A DNA stretch of 64,000 nt from Clostridia bacterium (GTDB taxonomy: Bacteria; Bacillota; Clostridia; JAAYHZ01): NCBI GenBank assembly GCA_050950825.1, contig JBMNIH010000010.1, forward strand, positions 192,001 through 256,000, read 5' to 3'. A program made the position numbers and the translations under genes. The notes beneath the pieces are model-generated. The model was not told the origin of the DNA. It saw only the letters and a program-made list of their open reading frames with translations, and ran no database searches. Of the stretch, positions 43,032-53,115 are shown one piece after another (positions within the stretch are counted from its first letter, which is position 1; each line of letters opens with the position of its first letter).

Positions 43032-44204
43032 TTAAACCTTGTCTACATCCACCCATGTTCTTTCTGCCGCGGACAACTGTACGGCGTCCAAGATTTGGCA
43101 GCACTTGACTCCGTCATAAAAGTTCGGAACGCAAGGCTTATCATGGTAAACGCTTTGAATAAATTCGTACAATTCGTGAACAAAGGTGTGCTCATAGCCG
43201 ATGACATGCCCTACCGGCCACCAATGGCCTGCATAAGGATGAACGGCTTCCGTAGCCTGAATCAAACGGAAGCCTTGAAGGCCTGCAGGGTCGCTTACGT
43301 TGTAATATTGCAGCTCGTTCATTCTTTCGAATTCAAACCGAACGCTGCCTTCGGACCCGTTGACTTCAAAAGCCATGCCGTTTTTATGTCCCGCCGCGAA
43401 ACGAGTGGCTTCAAAGGTACCCAACGCACCGTTTTCAAATTCGCACAGGAACAAGGAAGCATCGTCCACCGTTACCGGCAGCTTTTTCTCTTGCCCCGTT
43501 TTCGTTGCGGACAAGCCGGTCATGTTTAAGGCCTCCGGACGTTCCTTTACGAAGGTTTTGGTAATTCCAATCACCGATTTGAAATCTCCTACCAAGAAAC
43601 GTGCCAAATCGATGAGATGGGATCCCAAATCTCCGTGAGAGCCGGATCCGGCGACGTTTTTGTCCGTTCTCCAGGCGGCCGGAAATTCCGGGTCCAAAAG
43701 CCAGTCCTGAAGATACGTTCCTCGGAAATGATATATTTTCCCCAGCTTTCCTTCCGCGATTAACTGCTTGGCCAATTGAACCGCCGGTGCAAAGCGATAG
43801 TTGAAACCGATTTGGTGCTTAATACCGGCCTTTTCCGCTTCCTTCAGCATTACTCGCGCTTCGGTAACGTTCATGGCTAGCGGTTTTTCGCAAAAGATGT
43901 GCTTTTTGTTCTTGGCCGCTTCAACGGCAATGTCTTTATGGGTATTGTTGGGCGTGGTTATGTCGATGACGTCAATGTCGTCTCTTTTTATAAGGGCTTC
44001 CCAAGAGGTCTCGTAGCTTGCCCAACCGAATTTTTCGGCGGCTTGCTTTACGCCGGCTTCGTCTCTGCCGCATATGGCCGTAAGATTTGCTTGAAGGGTA
44101 GGATCAAAAAACATATTGACCTTCTTCAGGGCGTTGCTGTGGGCTTTCCCCATAAATTTGTATCCGATCAAACCGAAATTCAAACCGTTTTTTGCTACGC
44201 CCAT
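43032..44204 (-). CDS. Gfo/Idh/MocA oxidoreductase, levoglucosan-dehydrogenase-like subfamily
   Basis: GLIGYKFMGKAHS, CEKPLA, GFNYRFAP, YLQDW, WR..AGSGSHGDLGSH. Confidence 0.85.
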   Translation of the reverse strand: MGVAKNGLNFGLIGYKFMGKAHSNALKKVNMFFDPTLQANLTAICGRDEAGVKQAAEKFGWASYETSWEALIKRDDIDVIDITTPNNTHKDIAVEAAKNKKHIFCEKPLAMNVTEARVMLKEAEKAGIKHQIGFNYRFAPAVQLAKQLIAEGKLGKIYHFRGTYLQDWLLDPEFPAAWRTDKNVAGSGSHGDLGSHLIDLARFLVGDFKSVIGITKTFVKERPEALNMTGLSATKTGQEKKLPVTVDDASLFLCEFENGALGTFEATRFAAGHKNGMAFEVNGSEGSVRFEFERMNELQYYNVSDPAGLQGFRLIQATEAVHPYAGHWWPVGHVIGYEHTFVHELYEFIQSVYHDKPCVPNFYDGVKCCQILDAVQLSAAERTWVDVDKV

Positions 44205-45160
44205 GTCATCTCACCTTTCCCTCTGAATACCAAAACTTCTTTTAAGAAGCGGACGGCTTTTTCCAAGCCTTCTTCCGGACTCATGAGGCTGTCTTCGTGT
44301 TCGATGCTCAGTACGTCGTCGTAGCCGATCATTCGCAGATTGCTGATGATGTCGTTCCATACTTGGTAGCTGTGTCCGTATCCTACGGAACGGAAAATCC
44401 AAGAACGGTTGATTTCGTCGGAATAGTGTTTGGTATCTAATACGCCGTTCACTGCGGTATTATACGGATCAACACCGGTATCTTTGGCATGGAAATGATA
44501 TATGGCGCCTTTCAGTTTCCTAATGGAAGCCACCGGATCGATTCCTTGCCAGAAAAGATGGCTCGGATCGTAGTTGGCTCCGATGGTTTCTCCTACGGCG
44601 TTTCTTAACTTCAAAAGGGTTTCGGGATTGTATACGCAAAAGCCGGGATGCATTTCCAGAGCGATTCTTGTAACACCGTGGTCGTTGGCAAACTTCACGG
44701 CTTTTTCCCAGTAAGGTATTAAAACTTCGTTCCATTGGTATTCCAAGATCTTCAGAAAATCATCCGGCCAAGGGCAGGTTACCCAGTTGGGATACTTTGC
44801 ACCCGGATGATCTCCCGGGCATCCGGAGAAGGTGATCACACGATCAATACCCAGCTTTTCCGCCAAAAGAACCGTCTTTTCAAAATCGTGGTTGAACTTG
44901 CCTGCAATATCCTTTTGAGGATGTACGGGATTTCCGTGGCAGCTTAATGCACTGATCTCCAAGTCGTATTTTTTTACGGTATCCAAGAATTGCGTGCACA
45001 GTTTGTCGTCCTTCAGCAAGACTTCGGGATTGCAGTGAGCATTGCCCGGATATCCGCCGGCTCCGATTTCCACTGCCTGAACACCCAGACCCGATAAATA
45101 TTCCAATGTCTGCTCAAAAGGTTTACCCGAGAACAGAACGGTAAAAACACCTAGCTTCAT
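44195..45160 (-). CDS. Sugar phosphate isomerase/epimerase (AP_endonuc_2 TIM barrel)
   Basis: EIGAGGYPG, SCHGNP, LEMHPG, DPSHLFWQG, HFHAKD, SIEHED. Confidence 0.88.
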   Translation of the reverse strand: MKLGVFTVLFSGKPFEQTLEYLSGLGVQAVEIGAGGYPGNAHCNPEVLLKDDKLCTQFLDTVKKYDLEISALSCHGNPVHPQKDIAGKFNHDFEKTVLLAEKLGIDRVITFSGCPGDHPGAKYPNWVTCPWPDDFLKILEYQWNEVLIPYWEKAVKFANDHGVTRIALEMHPGFCVYNPETLLKLRNAVGETIGANYDPSHLFWQGIDPVASIRKLKGAIYHFHAKDTGVDPYNTAVNGVLDTKHYSDEINRSWIFRSVGYGHSYQVWNDIISNLRMIGYDDVLSIEHEDSLMSPEEGLEKAVRFLKEVLVFRGKGEMTWA

Positions 45161-45173
45161 AAAAAAACCCTCC

Positions 45174-46166
45174 TTATTTTATCATTCTAATATCATTCCC
45201 AATAAATCGGTAAGCTAAAAAATCCCCTGCAATACGAGAAGCGATTCTTTCGGTATACATGGTGTACAAGTCCTTGATACCGCTGTTGGTGACCAAAATC
45301 ATTTTGCAAGGGAATGAAAGGTCGTTGTTTTTACGGATTTCCAAAATACTGAGAAGCTGCGCATATCTGGATTCGGTTAGCTTCTCGGTTCCCATATCGT
45401 CCACAACCAACAGATTGCACTGCTTGATTGCGGTATAGTCTTCGGAATCGATATCCTTGTTCAATAAATAGCTTTGGGTAATTTCAAAAAGCATGGGAGC
45501 GGTGGTTACATAGGCGGAGTAGCCTTTTAAAAGCACTTCATATACTACACAGTTGGCCATGAACGTTTTACCGAGCCCCGTGCCCCCGGTAAAAAGCATG
45601 TTTTTCGTTTCGGGCTTGTGAATGCCGTTAATAAATTCATGGCATTTTTCCCGAATGGCCATGATGTGTTCCCGAGGAGATTTTTTCGTTCCGTAAAGCT
45701 CCGGATTCGGCTCGTTAGAAAAAAGCTCCGGATTGAATTTTGTAAAGTTTTGAATACCGAATATCTTGTAATCCGGCTCCTTTTCAATAACCCGTTTGAC
45801 GATATCCGTATAGCAGGAACAGCGGTCCCCGGATCTTTCAATAAAGCCGGTGTCTTGGCACTTCCCGCAGTTGTATTGGACATTCAAATAGTCTTCCGGA
45901 TAAGAATGCTCCTTCAGCAGCTCTTTTATCTTGGTCTCGTTCTTTTGAAAAGCCAATTGCGTAATTTTTTCGGCTTCTTCCGCGGAGATCTCACCTTTTA
46001 GAATCTGCTTGGAGTAGTCAATACCGATACGGGACAAATCGAAAAAAGCCGATTTTAATTCCGGAATTTCTTTTATCAATTGCTTTTTTCTTTTTTCAGC
46101 CGACTCAATGGCTTGCTTTTGCAGTCGCCGATACTCCTCGTTGACTAATCGGTGAATCAATCTCAT
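45174..46166 (-). CDS. DnaC/IstB-like helicase-loader ATPase
   Basis: CGKCQDTG...CSC zinc site, GGTGLGKT Walker A, LLVVDDMGTE, ERIASRI. Confidence 0.88.
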   Translation of the reverse strand: MRLIHRLVNEEYRRLQKQAIESAEKRKKQLIKEIPELKSAFFDLSRIGIDYSKQILKGEISAEEAEKITQLAFQKNETKIKELLKEHSYPEDYLNVQYNCGKCQDTGFIERSGDRCSCYTDIVKRVIEKEPDYKIFGIQNFTKFNPELFSNEPNPELYGTKKSPREHIMAIREKCHEFINGIHKPETKNMLFTGGTGLGKTFMANCVVYEVLLKGYSAYVTTAPMLFEITQSYLLNKDIDSEDYTAIKQCNLLVVDDMGTEKLTESRYAQLLSILEIRKNNDLSFPCKMILVTNSGIKDLYTMYTERIASRIAGDFLAYRFIGNDIRMIK

Positions 46167-46169
46167 TCC

Positions 46170-47159
46170 TTATAGCTCCTCATACAAACTCTCAAGAAAT
46201 TCTTTATCGTACTGTCTTTGAGCGAAATTATCCATTTGCTGCGGTTTTTTCGCAGCATCGGCTTTGGTATCCTCCGGCTTGTCCTTTTGCTTTTTCAAGC
46301 CTTCGGCTTCCAACATATCCTGAATAGATTTTACGTCCTTTAGGTTTTTCTCGTACCAGTCGGAAATAATCTTGTCAAAGTAATTAATATTCGGATTGGT
46401 GATTTTCGCCGTGTTTTGCAAAGCCAAGTCAATCACGTCAAAATCGTATCCGTAATCCATAATCCATTTTTCAACGATTTTCTCCTCGTATTCCGTCAAA
46501 TTCCTGTAAAGACGAAGCTTTTTGGATATTCGTTCGGATATTTGGGACACTTTGCTTCGTGATTTTAAATAGCTTTGCAAATCCAAATCCGTTTTGATAT
46601 TTCTGGAATACCAGTCCTCCGCCACTTTGGAGATATAGCTGTTGTTGCTCAATGCGTTTCTTTCATGGCATATGTGAAACAGCTGGTACATGACATCGGC
46701 ATCGAATTTGTATTTTTCAAACCAAGTCCCGATATCGCTGTACCAGGAAATACCCATAACACCTTGAAAAAACTCGTTGTTAATGGCCCGAATAACCATT
46801 TCCTGCTCTTTTGTCATTTTCCACTTGGCTTTCTTGGTATCCTGCTTATTCTCAATGTACTTTTGGACCTCTTTGTCTTTTATGTCGGTAAGGACGTAAA
46901 TTTTCTTGTCCAATGCAGCCAAGCCGTTTTCCAAAAAGAAGACAAAAGCGTCTTTTACCTTCTCGATGCTCATGTTCAGACCGCAGGCAATGGCGTTTTC
47001 GTTTATGGGTTTATTGTATTTGTCTAGGAACAAGCAATATATGTACACCTTAAAATAGTCGGAGTCCATTTGCGATGCGTATTGATTGATAAAAATATCC
47101 GGAACCGGGGTATCGGAATACAGCATCTTTTTTGCAATATTAAAACCTTTTATTTCCAT
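46170..47159 (-). CDS. DnaD/DnaB-domain primosomal protein
   Basis: FINQY..KVYIY, two DnaD-like repeats (YISKVAEDW, YFDKIISDW), NFAQRQYD tail. Confidence 0.85.
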   Translation of the reverse strand: MEIKGFNIAKKMLYSDTPVPDIFINQYASQMDSDYFKVYIYCLFLDKYNKPINENAIACGLNMSIEKVKDAFVFFLENGLAALDKKIYVLTDIKDKEVQKYIENKQDTKKAKWKMTKEQEMVIRAINNEFFQGVMGISWYSDIGTWFEKYKFDADVMYQLFHICHERNALSNNSYISKVAEDWYSRNIKTDLDLQSYLKSRSKVSQISERISKKLRLYRNLTEYEEKIVEKWIMDYGYDFDVIDLALQNTAKITNPNINYFDKIISDWYEKNLKDVKSIQDMLEAEGLKKQKDKPEDTKADAAKKPQQMDNFAQRQYDKEFLESLYEEL

Positions 47160-47214
47160 TTATACCACCCTACTAAATAAAATGACTGAAGAAGCAAGTA
47201 AACGTACACCCGAT

Positions 47215-48327
47215 TTATATTCTAATGCTTTTCTTAAAGTTTTCCGGATTCAATCCGCTTAAGGCTTCGTCTGTAAACAATCCGTCTTTTCTAATCAGCT
47301 TTCCGTCAAAATAAATGGAGCCTCCTCCGTAAGCGGGAGTATGGCATTGAATAATATCCCAATGGATGGAAGAAACATTATCACCGCCGGAACCGGGTGT
47401 GAAGTGAATGCTTCCGGTCATTTTTTCATCGAACAAAGTGTCCGTTATGTGTCGGTCCATATAGGGGTTGACGCCGATGGCAAACTCTCCGATATACCTT
47501 GCACCGGGGTCAATGTCCAACACTTTATTTATGCGCTCCGTATCGTTGGCGGTCGCACGAACGATTTTACCGTCCTTAAAGGTAAAGGATATGTTTTGGT
47601 AGGTAAAGCCGTGAAAATTGCTGGGTACGTTATACGTAATCGTTCCGTTTACCGACTCTTTGATCGGTGCCAAGCAAATTTCTCCGTCGGGAATATTGGC
47701 TTTTCCGCAGCATATGCCGCTTTCCCTGCCTTTAATGGAAAATTCCAAATCCGTATCCTTTGCAACGATTCGTACACGGTCGGTTTTGTCCATCAATTCT
47801 TTTAACGGCAGCATGAGCTCTCTTAGCTTTTCATAGTCCAAGCCGCATACGGCAAAATAGTAGTCCTCGAAAGCCTCCGTACTCATGCCCGCCTGCTGGG
47901 CCATAGAAGATGAAGGATAGCGCAGTACGCACCATTTCGTATGCTTTACCCGATGTTCAAGATGAAGCCTGCCGTAAAATTCGTTGTATAAATTCATTTT
48001 ATCTTCGGGGACATCGGACAATTCCGTAATGTTGTTCGATTTTCTTACGGCGATATAGGCGTTCATATCCTGCATACGCAAAAGCTCGTATTTGAATAAA
48101 GCGTCCATCTGTTCTTTTGTAGCGTTCATTAAAAGAGCTCTTTTGATGGTATTGGATTCCTGATTGACAAAAGGAATACCGCCCGCCTCGTAAGCGGCCT
48201 CCACCAAAGCCACCGCAAAATCGTCGGCATGGTCGTATATGTCGATGAGTATTTTCTCACCTTTTTGTAAGTTAACCGAATACCGGATCAATCGTTGGGC
48301 CAGCTGCTGAATTCTCGGGTCACGCAT
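47215..48327 (-). CDS. Aminopeptidase (M29, AmpS family)
   Basis: MRDPRIQQLA, KWCVLRYP, NIPDGE, GEFAIG, LFDEK, IHWD. Confidence 0.92.
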   Translation of the reverse strand: MRDPRIQQLAQRLIRYSVNLQKGEKILIDIYDHADDFAVALVEAAYEAGGIPFVNQESNTIKRALLMNATKEQMDALFKYELLRMQDMNAYIAVRKSNNITELSDVPEDKMNLYNEFYGRLHLEHRVKHTKWCVLRYPSSSMAQQAGMSTEAFEDYYFAVCGLDYEKLRELMLPLKELMDKTDRVRIVAKDTDLEFSIKGRESGICCGKANIPDGEICLAPIKESVNGTITYNVPSNFHGFTYQNISFTFKDGKIVRATANDTERINKVLDIDPGARYIGEFAIGVNPYMDRHITDTLFDEKMTGSIHFTPGSGGDNVSSIHWDIIQCHTPAYGGGSIYFDGKLIRKDGLFTDEALSGLNPENFKKSIRI

Positions 48328-48585
48328 AAATAAATCTCCTTTATAAGCCTTTTCCTGCTAGACAAGCGCTAATATTATACTATCACAATCGAATTCCGTG
48401 TGCAATTCGCCCGGTCTTTTTTGTCATAACGGTGCGAATTCACGAGAAAGGAGTTGAAAAAAAGGGGGAAATGATGTTTTGACGGTAAAAATCTAAAGGA
48501 AAAGCGAAATGAAATATAATGGAAATCAAAAAAAACAATTGATTTTTTTTTGGTTTTGTATTATTATAATCCATGCCGTTATCAT

Positions 48586-48662
48586 GTGCCCATGGCTCAA
48601 TTGGATAGAGCACTCGGCTACGGACCGAGGGATTAGGGGTTCAAGTCCTCTTGGGCACGCCA
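48586..48662 (+). tRNA. tRNA-Arg (anticodon ACG)
   Basis: Acceptor GTGCCCA/TGGGCAC, D-arm GCTC/GAGC, anticodon arm CTCGG-CTACGGA-CCGAG, TTCAA T-loop, encoded CCA; 77 nt. Confidence 0.97.
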
Positions 48663-48664
48663 CG

Positions 48665-48697
48665 AAAAGAGAAGCAAAACATGTGCTTCTCTTTTTT
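48665..48697 (+). terminator. Intrinsic terminator after tRNA
   Basis: AAAAGAGAAGCA...TGCTTCTCTTTTTT. Confidence 0.8.
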
Positions 48698-48945
48698 GCT
48701 ATAAAAAATCTTTAATAGACCGGTTTGAAGATCGGTTCCGCAAATATAGAGAAATAATGATTACCGTTCCGCGATTCTCACAGGCAATAAAAGAGGTCAA
48801 AAAAATGATGCAAACGAACAGCCGTCTTTTCATTCTGAAAGATACCATATCGAATCATCCTTTTTTGTATGATATATGTTAACATGAAGGTGTATTCGAT
48901 ACTATGAAAGCTGTCAATATATCGGAAGAAAGGATGGGTTTTACG

Positions 48946-51900
48946 ATGAATATCCGTATTTTAACCATCTCGCCTACCGTGTTTCTTAAGACGATTAACG
49001 GCGAGCTCAAGCAGTTGATCAGGATAACCTTTTGGAACGGCCAAGAAGCGGCAAAAGGCAATTTGTCGGTTCATGTCGGCCGCGAGCACTTAATATATCC
49101 TCTATCCGATATCAAGCAAGGGGAATGCGTTCAAGAGGTCTTTATCCCGCTTTTAAAAGAAAAAACAAAGGTCGTATTCCTATTGGCAATTAACGATTCG
49201 GTGGCGGACCGTAAAGAAATATGTATGGATCCTCCGAGAAAATGGGTTGTCCATGTGGTACAGCTTTCACACCACGACGCGGGATATACCGATTTGCCTT
49301 CAAGAGTTTTAAAGGAGCATTACGAGATCGCTGGACAAGGCCATCGATATGGCGGAGAGCACCGAGGATTTTCCCGATGATGCAAAATTCAGAATTGTGA
49401 TTGAGCAAGCATGGTCGATCGACCGTTTCATCAAGAATGCTCCCGATTCAAGAAAAGCAAAAATGATAGAGCTGTTACGTTCCGGAAGATTTGAGCTTAC
49501 GGCATTGTTCGGCAATATGACCACCGAAATTTGCGGCCACGAGGTGTTAGCAAGATCCGTTTACCATGCTTTCGGACTTCAAAGAAAATACGGCATTCCC
49601 ATTGTTTCTGCGGAGCACAACGATATTACGGGGATAAGCCGGGGTTTATCCCAAGTACTTACCGAGGCGGGCATAAAAATATTCTGTCCGGGCATTCCGA
49701 ATTACTACGATTGGGGATCCATGAAGCTGCAATCCATTTGGGATCAAAAAAGAATTTTCGGACATGAAGGACCCGGCGCCTTTTGGTGGGAGGCTCCTTC
49801 CGGTAAAAGGGTACTTTTTTGGTGCAACAACTCCGGCAACGGAGGCGACGTAAGGGCATCCATGCCGGATCTGGCGGGGCGGCTTTGGGAGCTTTCGGCT
49901 TCCGATTATCCGTATTCCGTCATTCGCTGGCCGGTGACAAGCGGCGCCAGAGACAATGCTCCGTATATCGAAGGATATGCCCAAAAGATAAAAGAATGGA
50001 ATGAAAAGTGGGATTATCCGCACCTGATATGCAGCACCAATGCCAAATTTTACGAAGATATTAAAAACCGGCTGACTGAGGATCTTCCGGTTTTCCGCGG
50101 TGAGCTTGCGGGGCAGGACTATCCCGTAGGGGCGATTTCCACCGCCGCGGCAACGGCCGTTGCCAGGCAAACGCATTCGTCGTTGATATCCGCCGAGAAA
50201 TTGGCAACCGCTGCGACACTTTGTATAAATTGGCCCGACCAAAGCGAGCAAATATCCGAAGCGTACGAGGATGCGCTTTGGTACGGCGAGCATACATGGG
50301 GTTATCACTTTCCGTGCGGTCCCGCCGTGAAGGCTTCGGAATACGAAAAAACTCTTCATGCTTATAAATCGGCGGCATTGGCTCACGAGGTACTGAACAA
50401 GGCCATGGCCGGCATCGCGGATGCGGTAAAAAAAGAAGAGGACGGCCTTTATCTTGTGGTTTTCAATACACTGTCCTTTGAAAGAACCGCTCCCGTACGC
50501 GCTCCTTTAAGAGAATTCGATAACATCGGAAGCACCATGAAGACCGTTCCTCCCGAAGAGGATGAAAAAGGAGCGGGCTACCAAAAGGGAGTCCTTTTAT
50601 ATGTGCGCTGGCATGTAAACCCGGGATTGTTCGTTACGGAAGGAAAATTCGACCTTGTTGACGTATCGACCGGTGAAATCGTACCCTTTCAAATATTGGA
50701 TATTGAAGATTCTTCGGATACGGTGCCTTATGCGGCGGAACGGACGGGATTAGGCTCCGGAACAAAAAGATTAGGCCTGTTTGAGGATCCCATAGGGTTG
50801 AAAAAGGACCTGTGCTTTATCGCAAAAAACGTACCTCCGATGGGATATAAGGCTTATCGATTGACGCCGAGGACAACACGGCCTGTTTTTAAGAATAGCC
50901 TAATGAAAGCTTCTCCTTTCGTCATTGAGAACGAGTATTACCGGGTGGAAGTCGATGAAAGGACGGGAAATGTAACGAGCATTACGGACAAGACTATGGC
51001 ACGGGAGTTGGTTGAACAATGCTCCTACGGGTTTTTCGATATGATCGTAAGAGAGAAAAATTCTTTGGAGGAGCACCGTACCCGATGCATAAGCGTTCGA
51101 AAAAAGGCGGAGGGACCCGTTTGCGCTTCCATCGAAATGAAAAAAACCGTATACGGCCATCCTGCAATCACCTCCACCGTTACATTATACGAAGAGATAA
51201 AACAAATCCGATTTGATACAAGGATTCTAAAAGACGCCGTTCCTTTGCTGAATGCACATATCGCTTTTCCTTTCCGTATGGATAACCCGAAATTTAGGTA
51301 TGAGGGGGTTTTGTCCGACATGAATCCCATTGAGGACTATCTTCCCGGTTCCTACTCGGATACGATTGCGGTACAAAACGCAGCGAAAATTACGGACGGA
51401 AGGTACAGCATTCTTTGGTCAAGCCTTGATGCACCCATTGTCGAGTTCGGCGGATTATGGCAAGGGTATACTTCTCCCGCCCACCGGTGTGTATGCGACG
51501 AAAGCCTCAAACGTCCGCCCTTAACAACGGAGGATTTGAAAAAGGGTTTTATCTTTTCCCAGGTTTTTAACAACAACTTCGGTACCAATTTTTACGTATC
51601 CCAAACAGGGGACGTTTTGTTCCGATATTGCATTACCACCGAAGAAGGCGATGTTTCCGACGCCCAAGGGGCGGCATTCGGTTGGCAGGCGGTAACGGGA
51701 CTCGAGCAGATATTCACCGACAGCGGGAAATACGGTTTGCTGCCACCGGCTTTCGGCTTTATGGAAGTTGATAATGACAATGCGGTAATCTTAAGCTATA
51801 AAAAAGCGGAGGACGGAAACGGAATCATCATCCGCATATGGAACAAAAGCGATAACGAGGAAACGGTTCGTATCGGCTTGAAATATTTCCGGATCCGTGA

Positions 51901-52027
51901 CGTGAAAAGGACAAGTATTGCCGAAATCGATCTTGATGAAAGATTAAAGCACGATGAAAACAGCTTTACGGCCGTACTTCCGAAAAATTCCGTTATTACC
52001 GTACGGGCGGAAGGTAAGCCTTTCTAA
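48946..52027 (+). pseudogene. GH38-like (alpha-mannosidase fold) glycoside hydrolase split by a frameshift near 49313-49330
   Basis: SHHDAGYTD metal motif in the first ORF; LDKAIDMAE...EHTWG...VVFN...IENEYY...KKAEDG..IIRIWN continue in the +1 frame. Confidence 0.75.
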
Positions 52028-52101
52028 ATTTTATTTACCCCGTAACCTTGTTATGGTACAATGTGCATATTAACGAGAAACAGTTTTTAAGCGAAAGGGT
52101 T

Positions 52102-52965
52102 ATGATGGAAACGGGAAAGAAAAAAAGAAGATCGATTTGGTGGAGCTTGCTTCTTGTTTTTATCTATTTATGGATGCAAGTAATGACGGCTCTTGCTTTC
52201 GCATTGTTTGCGGGAGTTCGCTATGCTCTGAAGCTTAATAAAGGAGATTCCGACCTCGTTTTCGGAATCGACCCGATCCCCACGGAATTATCCGCCGAAT
52301 TCATACTGCTCATTCTTTTTGTTTCGGCCGTTTTGTCTTTAGCGCTGTGTTTTTTGGTATACAAATTGCGCAAAATCCCTATAGCGGACCATCTAAAATG
52401 GAGAATTCCGCCTGCAAGGCTGATTTTTTCGGCCATTCCTACGGGCTTGTCCATCGAATTTGTCTCCATCTTTTTATTCTCCATTACGGCGATTTTCTTC
52501 AAAAAATCGGCGGAATCCTATGAGTCCATGGTTCAGGGGCTGGTAGAATCGCCTTTTGCATTTATCGTTATCGGTATTATTGCTCCCATTGTTGAAGATC
52601 TCATCTTCCGGGGCTTTATACTTAACGAGCTTCGTAAAGACTATTCTTTGAAAACCGCATTGATTATCCAAGCGGTGCTTTTCGGTGTCATGCATTTGAA
52701 TGTTGCCCAAGGTCTGTATGCCGTATTGGCAGGCCTGGTTTTAGGGCTGATTGCCGTAGAAGCCAAGTCGGTCATTCCCGCCATTATCGGACATATCGTC
52801 ATGAACAGCTCGGCACTATTGTTGTCGAATGTCCAAGAAGACACCTTGGCGACTTTGTTCCTTCCTATCGTCATGATGTCGGTATTCTTTATGTTTTTTG
52901 CCGTCCGCAGAGCCGTTCGCGGTATCAAGGCATCCGCAGTCGAGAATGCGGAAACGGCGGAATAG
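52102..52965 (+). CDS. CPBP family intramembrane metalloprotease (CAAX/Abi)
   Basis: APIVEDLIFRG, FGVMH, GHIVMN; multiple TMs. Confidence 0.88.
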   Translation: MMETGKKKRRSIWWSLLLVFIYLWMQVMTALAFALFAGVRYALKLNKGDSDLVFGIDPIPTELSAEFILLILFVSAVLSLALCFLVYKLRKIPIADHLKWRIPPARLIFSAIPTGLSIEFVSIFLFSITAIFFKKSAESYESMVQGLVESPFAFIVIGIIAPIVEDLIFRGFILNELRKDYSLKTALIIQAVLFGVMHLNVAQGLYAVLAGLVLGLIAVEAKSVIPAIIGHIVMNSSALLLSNVQEDTLATLFLPIVMMSVFFMFFAVRRAVRGIKASAVENAETAE

Positions 52966-53115
52966 CATTTTTTAATCGTAACCCATGAAAAAACGGATTA
53001 GCGTAAAGTAAGTTTCGGATAATAATCAATGGAAGAATATAACAAATAGAAAGAGGACCCCGATTGTGATATGATTAAATTTCCATACAAAAAATCACAA
53101 AGGAAGGTGTCCTCT

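Noticed and set aside
48509-48715. 68-aa ORF spanning the tRNA
   Set aside because: Spurious; overlaps the tRNA-Arg gene, its promoter region and terminator.
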